Shown piece by piece: positions 1-10,123 of a stretch of DNA of 64,000 nucleotides (positions within the stretch are counted from its first letter, which is position 1; each line of letters begins with the position of its first letter). The DNA is from Naegleria gruberi. Taxonomy: Eukaryota. The notes beneath the pieces are model-generated. The model was given only the letters and a program-made list of their open reading frames with translations, searched no databases and was not told the DNA's origin. The DNA lies in NCBI GenBank assembly GCA_000004985.1, contig GG738901.1; one strand, given 5' to 3'. The position numbers and the translations under genes are program-made.

Positions 1-392
1 ACAATAATTGCAATTAGTAATTCGAAAGTGGAAGAATGTCGAACCTAATCACCACTCTTTTTTTTAAAAATGATTTTTGACGGAATAAAAGAAAAGTCAA
101 GATGTGCGATTGTTTTCGTTCTAAATGACGTTGACTTGACCGTTGGTGGATTGATATTTCCTGAATAATAAGTTTAGAATATTTTGTTCGAAACGTGGGA
201 GAGAAGGTTTTTGAATAAGGTATGTTTATTATTTTTGAGGTTTTGATAAGGGTACTAGGACAAAGGCTATGTAAAAAGAAGGTGAATAGCGTTCGGGGCA
301 ACATTATGCGAATGATTCGGTTTAGAATAAATGTTATTGTAAACACATTGTGAGCTTTGCAACTTTACAATGCACTCACTCCATCAATAAAA

Positions 393-630
393 AAAGTGAC
401 AGAAGTTTACAGGTTGACCTTTTTTCACAGCAATCCAATCTACCTAACTTCTGCCACCCAGTAATATCTATTATATTTCTAATTGTTTGTTTGCCGAATA
501 GATTGCTGAACAAGTTTCACTGGATGTCATTTCCTATATATTTAAAAAGAATTGTGAGGGAAATATTTTGGTTTTTCTAATTTTTTGATCAGTTTCTTTC
601 CAAATTGAACTTTCTTAATAACAAGTTTGT
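393..630. repeat. Dispersed ~240-bp repeat, copy A (divergent)
   Basis: AAAAAGTGACAGAAG...TTTCACAGCAATCCAATCT.CCT.A.TTCTGCCACCC...TTGTTTGTTTGC.GAATAGATTGCTG...ATATTTTGGTTT.TCT.ATTTTTTGATC.GTTTCTTTCCAAATTGAACTTTC. Shares both ends and the first ~110 nt with copies B and C. The middle ~40 nt is replaced. Confidence 0.7.
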
Positions 631-758
631 CATTCAATACAATAATAAGGATTGACATCTAACTAAAATTCATAAAGTAATGTTCATGAGGGCATTACAA
701 TTTTTATTAAGGAATGTAGGGAGTCAATTATTTATAATGTGAATTTTAAGTAATGGAA

Positions 759-880
759 TGGCTACGGCCATATCACGATGAATGCACCTCATCCAGTCCG
801 ATTTGAGAAGTTAAGCATCGTCGAGCCACATCAGTACTGAGGTTGGAGACAACTTGGGAACCTGTGGTGCTGTAGTCTTT
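759..880 (+). rRNA. 5S ribosomal RNA, copy 1
   Basis: About 120 nt, ...GGCTACGGCCATATCACGATGAATGCACCTCATCC(A)GTCCGATTTGAGAAGTTAAGCATCGTCGAGCC...GGGAACCTGTGGTGCTGTAGTCTTTT. It matches the universal 5S core (CGGCCATA...CCCGTCCGAT.TG.GAAGTTAAGC...GGGA.ACC..GGGAA.CC.GGTGCTGTAG) and ends in a T-run typical of a Pol III terminator. The ends are approximate to within about 5 nt. Confidence 0.85.
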
Positions 881-899
881 TGCATTTTACCATCCATCT

Positions 900-962
900 T
901 CTATTTTTTAACAGAACGAGAAATCATACCAGATGAATCCTCACAGTAAAAAATGGAGAAGG
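900..962 (-). repeat. Short conserved element (~60 nt), copy 1
   Basis: Its reverse complement, TTGCCATCCTTCTCCATTTTTTACTGTGAGGATTCATCTGGTATGATTTCTCGTTCTGTT, matches 57712-57772 (+) at about 85%. Confidence 0.6.
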
Positions 963-1411
963 ATGGCAATACTGGATTCTTACTAAAACAGAAACTCGTT
1001 AATAATTCAATAATGTTGAAATGAAGTTTCAATTTCGAATTATAAGAATATATGAAACCAAAATTTGCACCAAGCAATACAGCTTGCCAAATGTTCAATA
1101 AATACAATTGGTCCAACCTTTTCAATTCTTCAACAAAACCTTACTGAACCAACAAGATTCTGTCTTCGTTGCCTTCACTGTTCATACAGTCAAAGACTGT
1201 AGCGGGATTGTTGCCATATTCCTGGCAGGCTTCCCGTCCAAAATAATAATTGAAATGTTATATGGCCTTAATATTTATTTATCCAAGTGTGCAATTATAA
1301 ACTTAATCAAGGAACATATGAGGATACTAAGGAAGAATGTAACAGAAATAGTGACATGAAACTCATTTATTTCATAATGTTTCAAAAGAATTGTTTTCCC
1401 GAATTATTCCA

Positions 1412-2528
1412 TTAATTTAATTTAAACATTCCTTGAATTTCCTTGGCAGAGTAGGCTCCTTCTAAAATCTTCTTCTCCTCTTCAGTCAATTGAATTTCCA
1501 ATGCTTGAACATTGAGCTCAACATTAACAGCCTTTGTTGCACCAATTACTGGACTTACAACTCCAGGCTTGGAAAGCAACCAAGCAAGTGCAATTTGAGC
1601 TGGAGAAACGTTTCTCTTCTTGGCAATTTCTGAAACTTTTCTCAAAGTTTCCTTATCACCTTCAGTCAAATTGCCCTTAAATATGGTTTGAACAATATCA
1701 CTATTTTGTCTCTTGGAACCATTTTCAGCAGTTTCGGTTGCATTCTCCTCAGCATTGACAAAATCATGAGCGCGAGCTAACATTCCATTAGAAAGTGGTC
1801 CCCAAGGAGTGAGTGAAACTCCTTGATCAACACACAATGGATTCATTTCTCTCTCCTCTTCTCTATAGATGAGATTGTAGAGATTTTGCATGGAAATGAA
1901 TTTAGTCAATCCCTTCTTCTCAGCATAATGTTGAGCTTTGGCAAATTGCCAAGCAAACATAGTAGAGGCACCAATGTATCTGACCTTGCCAGATTTAACC
2001 AAATCATGGAGAGCTTCCATGGTTTCTTCAATTGGTGTTTGTTCATCCCAACGATGGACAATGTACAAATCAATGTCTGTTTCAATTATTCATTTCAAAT
2101 CACAAGAAGAAATTCAGAAAAAACTTACAATCAAGACCCAATCTTTGCAATGAATCATCAACTGCATGCATAATGTGCTTTCTGGAAAGACCCATGGTAT
2201 TTGGTTTGCCTTGATTACCAACCATAATGAGCTTTTGTTCACCAGAATGATCCAATGGTCCACAAACTTTGGTTGCAACCACAATTTCCTCTCTTGGAAT
2301 GTTGAATTCCTTAATGAACTTGCCCAAAATTCTCTCACTTTCACCATTAGAATACATATCAGCAGTATCAAAGAAATTAATGCCCAAATCCCATGCCTTC
2401 TTCAAAATTCTTAATGATTCCTCTTCTTCCAAAACCCAAGGAATCCACTTGGAAGATCCAAAGCTCATGCAACCCAAACAAAGTTGAGAAACCTTCAAAC
2501 CACTTTCACCCAAATTGACGTATTTCAT
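1412..2528 (-). CDS. Aldo-keto reductase (aryl-alcohol dehydrogenase / Kv-beta-like), 2 exons
   Basis: Exon 1 (2528..2131) has MKYVNLGESGLKVSQLCLGCMSFG...FFDTADMYSNGESERILG...LGLD. A GTAAGT donor follows. The intron spans about 2077-2130. Exon 2 (2076..1412) has YIDLYIVHRWDEQTP...KVRYIGAS..., so the spliced junction LGLDYIDLYIVH is the classic AKR motif. Confidence 0.85.
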
Positions 2529-2892
2529 ATTGTATTGACTTGCTATTGAGAACTGTTAGTTGTGCAGATAGAATTAAATTCAAAAACTAGTTGTGAATTT
2601 GTTTTTTTGTGTTTGGAATGAGAGTTTGGTTTCAAAGCCAAAATTTAAACAGAAAATTTATACTTTTAATTCTGCGCGCATGATTCTGGTTGATTTGTGC
2701 TTATATTTGAACGAGCAGAATTATGATCATTATTGAAAGAAGTGGAACTACAAACACGATTCAAAAGATCCTAATAATCACGAATCTTGAGCTTGGAAAG
2801 ATCATCCATCCAAATGATATTTACACCATGTTGACTTTTTGATGCTGATACCATTACATTTGAAAGTAGTTCACTTTCCAGTTCAAAAAAAA

Positions 2893-4194
2893 ATGAAACC
2901 ACTACTCTTGTTAATTTTATTTTTTACAATATTTTCCACAACAGGCGCAGCAAACTTTGTGATAACTTCCCCACCTTCCTCTCGTCAAGTGTTGAAATGG
3001 CCATTTGCTGCCTGGTCAATTTGGAATTTACCTATAGGAAATAATGCAAGTTATGAATTTGGAAATATTTACTTGCCCAACACTGCAACCATAGAGGCAG
3101 ATCCTGATATTATTGTATTAAATTCATCAAATCCGTTAACACCAATCTATTATTCATCAGCAGCTTGGACTGGGGCTTCACGTTGTCAGGCATCAAGTTC
3201 AACAATTATCACAAAAGTTCCCTTCCCAAGTGATTTTATAGTTGCATCAGATGGAAGTAATTATTCTGGTGCTTTTTTAATGCCAGATAATGTGACAATC
3301 GTACAGACTCAACCAATTTGTCATTGTACTAATAGCACACAAACTTCAAATGTCACAACACTTACAAAAACTATCAGTGTCAGTATTTATGGAGATGGCG
3401 CTTATGGATCCCATGGAGGTTCTGGATTATCATCCATTGGTGGTACACTTAGATTGGGAGAATTAATTCCAGACTCCAATGGAACTGTTCATCCAGTACG
3501 TCATGCTTTGAAAGGTAATCTTTGGGCTGTTTACAATTACTACAGAAATGGAAGTGCTGTTTCGAGCTGTTTCAGGTGGCCAGCAACTGGTTGTGATGGA
3601 TATTTTGCTGATGGTAAATCAGATCAATATGGAGGTACTAATCCATATGTTCGTCCTGGTTCATTGCTCGCTCTTAACACCAGTATTAATATTAACAATT
3701 TGGGATTAAAAACAATTCCAGGATTGGCCATAGCTTGGACATTACAAAATTATGGAATGTATTTGGCAGATGATAGTTATTGGAATGCAGCTGCTTTAGA
3801 AACAGAGATATCTCCAGAGGGAAATTATGTAACACAATTTAAAAAAGCATGGAATATGGATTTTACTTCAAGTACTAATGCTTGGGCAGTTGACGTTCGT
3901 TCCTTATTTAGAATGTTATCAGTTGTTAATAGCTGGAATAAGAATATGTGGTTGAATGTATCATCTTCCAATGGTACATTGGGCGCTGGTGGAGGATTTC
4001 CATTACAGAGCTGGGCACCACCATTTGCAAATGATTCTAATATTGCTACACCTGTTAGTAGCAGTTTCATCCATACGAGCTCTAATTCTCCAAAGAATTC
4101 AACCCTTGCAAACAATCAAAGAAGTATTAATGCATGTAATTTAACAACAATAATATTGGCTATAGTTTTAATTATTTTGTGCATTCAATGGTAA
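2893..4194 (+). CDS. Secreted/cell-surface S/T-rich protein, unknown function
   Basis: Starts at MKPLLLLILFFTIFSTTGAANF, a signal peptide. The body is rich in N-glycosylation sequons. The C-terminus is hydrophobic (TTIILAIVLIILCIQW), which could be a GPI signal or a TM segment. I recognise no catalytic family. Confidence 0.55.
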   Translation: MKPLLLLILFFTIFSTTGAANFVITSPPSSRQVLKWPFAAWSIWNLPIGNNASYEFGNIYLPNTATIEADPDIIVLNSSNPLTPIYYSSAAWTGASRCQASSSTIITKVPFPSDFIVASDGSNYSGAFLMPDNVTIVQTQPICHCTNSTQTSNVTTLTKTISVSIYGDGAYGSHGGSGLSSIGGTLRLGELIPDSNGTVHPVRHALKGNLWAVYNYYRNGSAVSSCFRWPATGCDGYFADGKSDQYGGTNPYVRPGSLLALNTSININNLGLKTIPGLAIAWTLQNYGMYLADDSYWNAAALETEISPEGNYVTQFKKAWNMDFTSSTNAWAVDVRSLFRMLSVVNSWNKNMWLNVSSSNGTLGAGGGFPLQSWAPPFANDSNIATPVSSSFIHTSSNSPKNSTLANNQRSINACNLTTIILAIVLIILCIQW

Positions 4195-4327
4195 CTAAAC
4201 AATAAATTGAATGAGCAATGGTTGTTTTGAACAATGTTTTTAGGCGACCTAACTACTAATCTTTCACAGTAGATTAAGATTGCAGAACGATTTATATGAT
4301 TTATATTACGAAACTTACTTACATGGA

Positions 4328-4449
4328 TGGCTACGGCCATATCACGATGAATGCACCTCATCCCGTCCGATTTGAGAAGTTAAGCATCGTCGAGCCACAT
4401 CAGTACTGAGGTTGGAGACAACTTGGGAACCTGTGGTGCTGTAGTCTTT
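4328..4449 (+). rRNA. 5S ribosomal RNA, copy 2
   Basis: Near-identical to copy 1 (I see one substitution, CCCGTCC here against CCAGTCC in copy 1). Same orientation, followed by CTTTTCTTTTT. The flanks are unrelated, so each 5S is a discrete unit. Confidence 0.85.
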
Positions 4450-4671
4450 TCTTTTTGATCCTTTTCATTGTTTTTTATAAATTGTGAATTAGTATGAATT
4501 AACTTCCAATTTATTCACCACCAATTAGCATTTCTGTGGCACAGATATTTCATACGATAATTACACGCCATAGGTGTTCTAAATCGTGACTATGCCTTTG
4601 TGTCCATATTTCATTTCCGATTTATCAAAACCACAAGCAAAATTCATGGAAATTCTTTTATTCTCTATTGT

Positions 4672-4920
4672 TTATGGCAAACCTGGCCAATTATCAACAT
4701 ATTGAATTTTAAAATCTGGCCAATTATCAACAATTTGAATCTTATAATCAGGCCAATTATCAACAATTTGCCATTTTCCAACACTATCAGGCCAATTATT
4801 GACCTTTTGAACCTTGAGATCTGGCCAATTATCAACAATTTGGACTTTGTAATCTGGCCAATTATCTACGAATTGAATCTTACCATAAATTTTGGCAATT
4901 TGATCTTTGGAAAGTGTCAT
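4672..4920 (-). CDS. Small tandem-repeat protein, 7 copies of an 11-aa [KQ]IQIVDNWPD[YF]K unit
   Basis: 82-aa ORF with a 33-nt tandem period. The W-P-D codons are held constant while third positions vary (ccagat against cctgat), which is consistent with selection on the protein rather than a recently expanded minisatellite. Confidence 0.4.
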   Translation of the reverse strand: MTLSKDQIAKIYGKIQFVDNWPDYKVQIVDNWPDLKVQKVNNWPDSVGKWQIVDNWPDYKIQIVDNWPDFKIQYVDNWPGLP

Positions 4921-5196
4921 TTCTTGTTTTTTTATTCTGTTGTTTTGATCAACACGGATATCACACCATGTGATGATTTTAAAGGAAAATTAGAAGTGTT
5001 ACATAGCTGTTCGATTTCACAATAGTTCCTGGTTGATCTTCGAGGATTTTCTGACAATTGTAAAACGTATTTGCTTGTTGGAATTGAAGTTACATATTAC
5101 ATTGTAAAATTGGTTCAATCTGATTGTTCATGAATTGCTGCACTGTACAGAATCTAACACCAAAAGTTTTCATTTCAGGGCTGCAAAATAATTTCC

Positions 5197-8100
5197 TTGA
5201 TCATCTGTAAAAAAATGAACGAATTGCTAACTACTACCAACAACCACAAGAACATTCTCACCTATTTTTATGCACCCATCAATGATTGTACAAATATTAA
5301 TTCATCATCATCAGCATCGGAACCATTTTCCAACAAACATGAAAAACATGAGGATGATGATCTTAATTTAATTGCTAATAAATCGACAAAAGTAGTACGA
5401 GATATTTTCCTATTTGAAGAATGGAGATTAATTGCAAGTTTTTTGACGAGGAAAAATTGTTTTGGAGGCTTGGCAAGTGTAAACAAAACTTCAAGATTGG
5501 CAGTTTTAAGTGTACATTTTATTAGAAATAGTGCAGTGATTAAATCATTTGCACTTCGTTGGATTTGGGCACAAACTATTGATAGTTATTCCGATAAATT
5601 ACCAAATAATAGATTTATTGAAATATTAAAACCACTTCAGGAGGAATATTATGATTTGCACCAATTTATACAAGATCCAAATCAAGAAAAGAGTGAAAAT
5701 TACTTTCCAATACCAAATTATTATTCACGTAATCTTGTAAAGGCAGCATGCAGTGTTGGAAATAACGAAATTATTTTACAATTAATTGAAAAATCATTTT
5801 TATTTGATTTGAGCACAGTAACACCATCAAAGTATTATGATTTGGCATTCTTGAATGGACATTATGATACAGCTGTTGCTTTTGCTAAAACTTTACTTTT
5901 AAGAAATGGAGAATTGGATATTTCCAAATGTATTCCTCAAATAATTTCTCCATTCATTGCACCAATTGAATTTGAAAATCAATATCAAATAGTCTATCAA
6001 TTATTTAACAGATCTCAAACACATTATCAATTGGGAATTAGTAGAATAATTTATGAATTATTACATTCACAACTTTTACAAACATGCCATGAGGAAGCTT
6101 CTAAAATTGGTTGGACTAATTTATTAGATATTGCTCTTTTTAATTTGCATTTCCCACAACTATTAATGCGAAATGATATTGAGTCAGTTCAATTTATTGT
6201 TGGACGTTTATATCAAAATAGAAAAGAAAACAATACTCTTCCATTATTTTCAAATGATTTGGAAAGAATCCTCATACAAATACAATCACTGGATCAAGTT
6301 GATTTTCTTGTATGGTTCTTTGAATATATAGGAAGTTTGGGAGAGTTGACATTATTATCGGATTTAATATTTAACAATTTGAATACTATTTTAACTATTA
6401 ATACTAAATTTTTAGATATTTATTTGAATCAATTTCATGGAAGACATGTTGAAAATGATGAAAAAAGACTCTATGAATATATGGATGGTTTGGATACCAA
6501 CTATCTTAATTTGATATCTCTTTTGGGAATTACTAAAATACCATACGAGAGGATTGCAAAACATTTAAACTCATGTGCACAGTACTATTTGGTTAATTAT
6601 GGTAATGTAATTGTTCAATATTATGAACCAGAAATTGCAACAATCATCTTTAATAACATTCAACTCTTCCTTGATGATACAAAGATTCATCCAAAGAAAC
6701 GTTCGCTCTGTTTAACACCAAGAGTACAAACAGATCTTGTTAATTTATTTCTCAAACAGGAGATTGTAGATTGGAAACTAATTGTAGAATTTATTGAAAA
6801 GAATCCATTCATGTCCAATTTTATGGAAATTATAATTTCAAATGCCTATGATTCGTTTACAAGAACAATATTGGATAGAATTTACTCAACTTCAGACTCT
6901 GAGAATTATTCATCCAGAAGAAGATTTATATTCAAATCCTTTACTAGATATATTGAGAAGGATGTTTATGACTTTTGTGCCTTGTTAATGTTTGCATGCA
7001 CAGTTGAAAAGAGTTTTATGAAAGCTTTGATAGAAAGGAATGAATTTTTAATATCAAAGATTCATGCCTCATTTGAACCATTTCAAAATGTTAGTCAAAT
7101 GATTGAAAGATGGAACGATGGTTCATTTGAATTAATTTCACATGATTTGCCTGTTTTGGACTGTCTTTGTAATAGTTCGTTGAAGGTATTTGTAAATGCT
7201 ATTGGTTCTCTATGGCCACTTTCTAATAATTTCCTCAGTTTGACATTTAAAATTCTCGATGAGTCATATGAACCTATCGTAAGAAATAACATTAATGATA
7301 TTAGAAACATTATCCGACATTTCATTACATCAAGTCATGATATTGATATTATAACATCATACTTCAAAACGACAATTCATCAGGAGGAAATTTTAAATGT
7401 TCTAATGGGATTACCACTATTTACGAAAGATAATTTGTTAAATATTTCAACATCGGTTTTAGCAAGAACAAAATTAACACTTTCAAGTTTAGATACGATT
7501 GTTAACATTATTCACGATCATTTTGATGATGTTCTAGAACAAAAATTCAAAGATTACATTACCATTCCACAAGATAATTTATCACAACTCATTTCTATCA
7601 AATACCATCCAAAATCAATATCATTACTTGAAAGAATTTCATATAGACATTTATTTGAACCTTCATATTTGTCATTCTTTGAACAAATTGAAAGTGTATG
7701 TGGAAGAGGAAGTATGGTTTCATCTGATAGTGCACAAGCCTATTGGAATGCATCCAGTGACCCTTATCTCTTGTTAAATGATAGAGATACTATTATGAAT
7801 CTACTTTCAAAATATGAAACTATTCCTAAAACAAGCAAGTGGAGATCAATTCTTACAGGTCTAGTTAATCATGGATTTATTGATGAACTATTGGAAAGAT
7901 TAGCGGAAAAAGAACATCGTAAACCAATTCTTTTTGAAAATTCTCCTCTTTTCACTTTAACAAGTTCATTTGGAAATATTTCTACTTCTTCTGAATTTCT
8001 ACAAGAAAATAGAAAGAAGGAACAACAATCAGAAAGAGAAAAACAACTCTCCTATGTTCAAGCTCCTCCTCTATTTAATTTTACTTTTGATTTTGGAAAT

Positions 8101-8274
8101 TCCAATAATAATAATAATAATAATGGAAACTCATTTATTTTCCTTTCTAAGAATGAATCAAACAGTGGAAATAGTAGTAGTGATGGTTTGGAATTACACT
8201 CATCTAAAGCACCCCCAACTAATTATTCACACACAACATTACCATTTAATCAATACCTACAGTTCAAGCAATAA
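5197..8274 (+). CDS. Large hypothetical protein (1025 aa), possible N-terminal F-box-like segment, N-rich C-terminus
   Basis: Long uninterrupted ORF. The segment RDIFLFEEWRLIASFLTRKNCFGGLASVNKTSRLAVLS has F-box-like hydrophobic spacing, but the match is weak. The tail is poly-N. Confidence 0.55.
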   Translation: MIICKKMNELLTTTNNHKNILTYFYAPINDCTNINSSSSASEPFSNKHEKHEDDDLNLIANKSTKVVRDIFLFEEWRLIASFLTRKNCFGGLASVNKTSRLAVLSVHFIRNSAVIKSFALRWIWAQTIDSYSDKLPNNRFIEILKPLQEEYYDLHQFIQDPNQEKSENYFPIPNYYSRNLVKAACSVGNNEIILQLIEKSFLFDLSTVTPSKYYDLAFLNGHYDTAVAFAKTLLLRNGELDISKCIPQIISPFIAPIEFENQYQIVYQLFNRSQTHYQLGISRIIYELLHSQLLQTCHEEASKIGWTNLLDIALFNLHFPQLLMRNDIESVQFIVGRLYQNRKENNTLPLFSNDLERILIQIQSLDQVDFLVWFFEYIGSLGELTLLSDLIFNNLNTILTINTKFLDIYLNQFHGRHVENDEKRLYEYMDGLDTNYLNLISLLGITKIPYERIAKHLNSCAQYYLVNYGNVIVQYYEPEIATIIFNNIQLFLDDTKIHPKKRSLCLTPRVQTDLVNLFLKQEIVDWKLIVEFIEKNPFMSNFMEIIISNAYDSFTRTILDRIYSTSDSENYSSRRRFIFKSFTRYIEKDVYDFCALLMFACTVEKSFMKALIERNEFLISKIHASFEPFQNVSQMIERWNDGSFELISHDLPVLDCLCNSSLKVFVNAIGSLWPLSNNFLSLTFKILDESYEPIVRNNINDIRNIIRHFITSSHDIDIITSYFKTTIHQEEILNVLMGLPLFTKDNLLNISTSVLARTKLTLSSLDTIVNIIHDHFDDVLEQKFKDYITIPQDNLSQLISIKYHPKSISLLERISYRHLFEPSYLSFFEQIESVCGRGSMVSSDSAQAYWNASSDPYLLLNDRDTIMNLLSKYETIPKTSKWRSILTGLVNHGFIDELLERLAEKEHRKPILFENSPLFTLTSSFGNISTSSEFLQENRKKEQQSEREKQLSYVQAPPLFNFTFDFGNSNNNNNNNGNSFIFLSKNESNSGNSSSDGLELHSSKAPPTNYSHTTLPFNQYLQFKQ
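8104..8125. repeat. (AAT)n microsatellite inside a coding region (poly-Asn)
   Basis: AATAATAATAATAATAATAAT encodes NNNNNNN in the 5197-8274 ORF. Similar (CAA)n and (AAT)n runs recur in the 13884-16187 and 37147-38611 genes. Confidence 0.8.
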
Positions 8275-8360
8275 ATGAATTTATTTTACAAGAGAATAAA
8301 ATGTTGAAGCAACGTATTGCGAATTCTTTTTCCTTCACCATAAAGATAATAGCCGTATTG

Positions 8361-8602
8361 AGAAAAAAGTGACAGAAGGTTCAGGCAGATCTTTTCACAG
8401 CAATCCAATCTTCCTGATTTCTGCCACCCATAGAATACTTGGTATATTTCTTAATTGTTTGTTTGCTGAATAGATTGCTGGTATTATTAGTAAGGATAAC
8501 AGTTCCAATATGTTTTAAAAGAAATGCGAGAGATATATTTTGGTTTATCTTTAATTTTTTTGATCGTTTTCTTTCCAAATTGAACTTTCATTAAGGCTGC
8601 AA
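8361..8602. repeat. Dispersed ~240-bp repeat, copy B
   Basis: About 90% identical to copy C over its full length by eye. It lies in the intergenic space between two convergent genes. Confidence 0.8.
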
Positions 8603-8642
8603 AGTTGGTATGCTAAATGGTTTTATTAAATCAATTAAATAC

Positions 8643-9736
8643 TTAGAATAGAAAGGTAATATCAGAAAATTTACCAGATAAACATATACTCCAAAGGTTG
8701 TTGAAATATCTAGTTAATTGATAACCTTTCGAATAGATAAGCAAGCACGCTGTATGTGCAACAATACCTATTGACTGGTAAGTATGGTGTGGGAAATATT
8801 CGGTAATATCAAACTTAGTACTTTTGGATACCATATCGAAGAGCAGGACATTGGGATGATTCTTTGGTACAATGATAAGTGGCTCCTTAAATAACATTAC
8901 ACTCTCAACCTCTGTCCCATCGAATGGATAGATTGAATCTATTGTCCTATTTCCATACAGTTTAAACGTACCATCTTGAGCAGCCACAAGTGTCTTATTC
9001 GAAGAGCAAGAGAATGATCTAATTGGATAATCTAGCGAAACATAAGTAAATGATCCAGGAATTTGACGATCCGACAAGGTTTGTCCACAACTTGATGAGC
9101 CAGCAACCAAAAATCGATGATCTTTCAAATAGGCAACAATGTGAAAATTTCTCCCTTGATATCAACTATATCCTCATCTGATATGAATTGAGAAGTATTC
9201 CAATCTAAACGCGTAATGGTGGCATTTGAAGAGAGCCAATTCTGTCCACTGATTCTAATATTTCTCCTATTTATCACACAACAAGAAAATGAAAAGCAAC
9301 ATGCAATATGAGTAATTTTCTCTTCATCTTTTGGCTCAAAAATCATTCTGACATCCACTCCATTACTATTCCCCAAACAATCATAATCGTTTGTACCCTC
9401 TCCATAGAGCAATGTCTTGCCACCTCTTTTCAAATCCTTCACCAAATAAATACTACAAGATGTATAGCTATCAATAAATGTTACCAGTAACCCCTGATCA
9501 ACTCCAAATTGTTTAATAAATTCACCAGAGAGTTCTTGTTCAAAACCTGCTGGACGATCCTCTGAAGATTTCCAAACTCTTCCCGAATTAAATAAAAGTC
9601 TAATTTTTGGTGTTGGGACTCCATAGGCTATTCCTTGAATAATATGCTCATTCGGAAGATGATCTTGTATTAGGTAGGATTTTAATTTTTCTCCAGCGAG
9701 ATCATCATTAGGTTTGTATGCATAGTAAATGATCAT
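8643..9736 (-). CDS. RCC1-like repeat protein with an apparent +1 frame break near 9125-9128 (possible pseudogene or sequencing frameshift)
   Basis: Two adjacent same-strand ORFs (9736..9125 and 9128..8643) carry RCC1-like repeats (LLYGEGTNDYDCLGNSNG; GQNWLSSNATI). The frames differ by 1, and no intron-sized GT..AG spans the junction. Confidence 0.45.
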
Positions 9737-10123
9737 TTTTTTTGTAATGACTTTTGATTTAATTCTAAGAATGATATAAAGTGCAAAGAGCTAATTGAAA
9801 TTCAATGTTAGAATTAGCATGTGGGATCATCAATAATCATCATATTCATAAGACTTTTCTATTCCAACAGAAAAAGGTCAAAGTTTAGAATAAGTCAAAT
9901 TCCTACTGGAATGGTTCATAATTTTATTACAAAGATCCTCCCTTTTAAAAGGCCGTTCTAGTTCACATTTAAAACATACGTCCTAAACTTGCATTTCTTC
10001 CTCAACAAAATAGTACGCACGCTCAAAAAACAATATTTCAACTCTCATGATAGTACACAATAACAAACCATTAAACAAAAAACACATTACTCTAAAACAC
10101 ATAAAAACAAACACATCAGAACA

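Noticed and set aside
14-346. 110-aa minus-strand ORF at the window start
   Set aside because: No recognisable motif, hydrophobic and low-complexity, truncated by the window edge. It may be a real exon but is unsupported.
2839-2892. Upstream in-frame ATGs (MMLIPLHLKVVHFPVQKK) ahead of the secreted-protein signal peptide
   Set aside because: The signal peptide (MKPLLLL...) only makes sense if translation starts at 2893. Many leading M residues in the ORF track elsewhere correspond to TTG/CTG alternative starts inside exons (for example 8643-9128, 41676, 47150, 49167, 50906). They reflect exon-internal segments, not true starts.
4600-5025. 141-aa + strand ORF overlapping the tandem-repeat gene
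   Set aside because: It is the antisense reading of the 33-nt repeat array and has no invariant residue pattern of its own. The minus-strand frame with invariant VDNWPD is the better candidate.
8380-8400. GGTTCAGGCAG in the dispersed repeat as a tRNA/SINE B-box
   Set aside because: Only about 7 of 11 positions match the GGTTCGANTCC consensus and no A-box lies upstream. It is insufficient to call a tRNA-derived SINE. I saw no tRNA genes elsewhere in the window.
8381-8578. 65-aa ORF (MERKRSKKLKINQNISL...) and its near-identical 79-aa twin at 13352-13591
   Set aside because: Both lie wholly inside copies of the ~240-bp dispersed repeat. Their conservation follows DNA repeat identity, including the non-ORF flanks. 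I do not treat them as genes.
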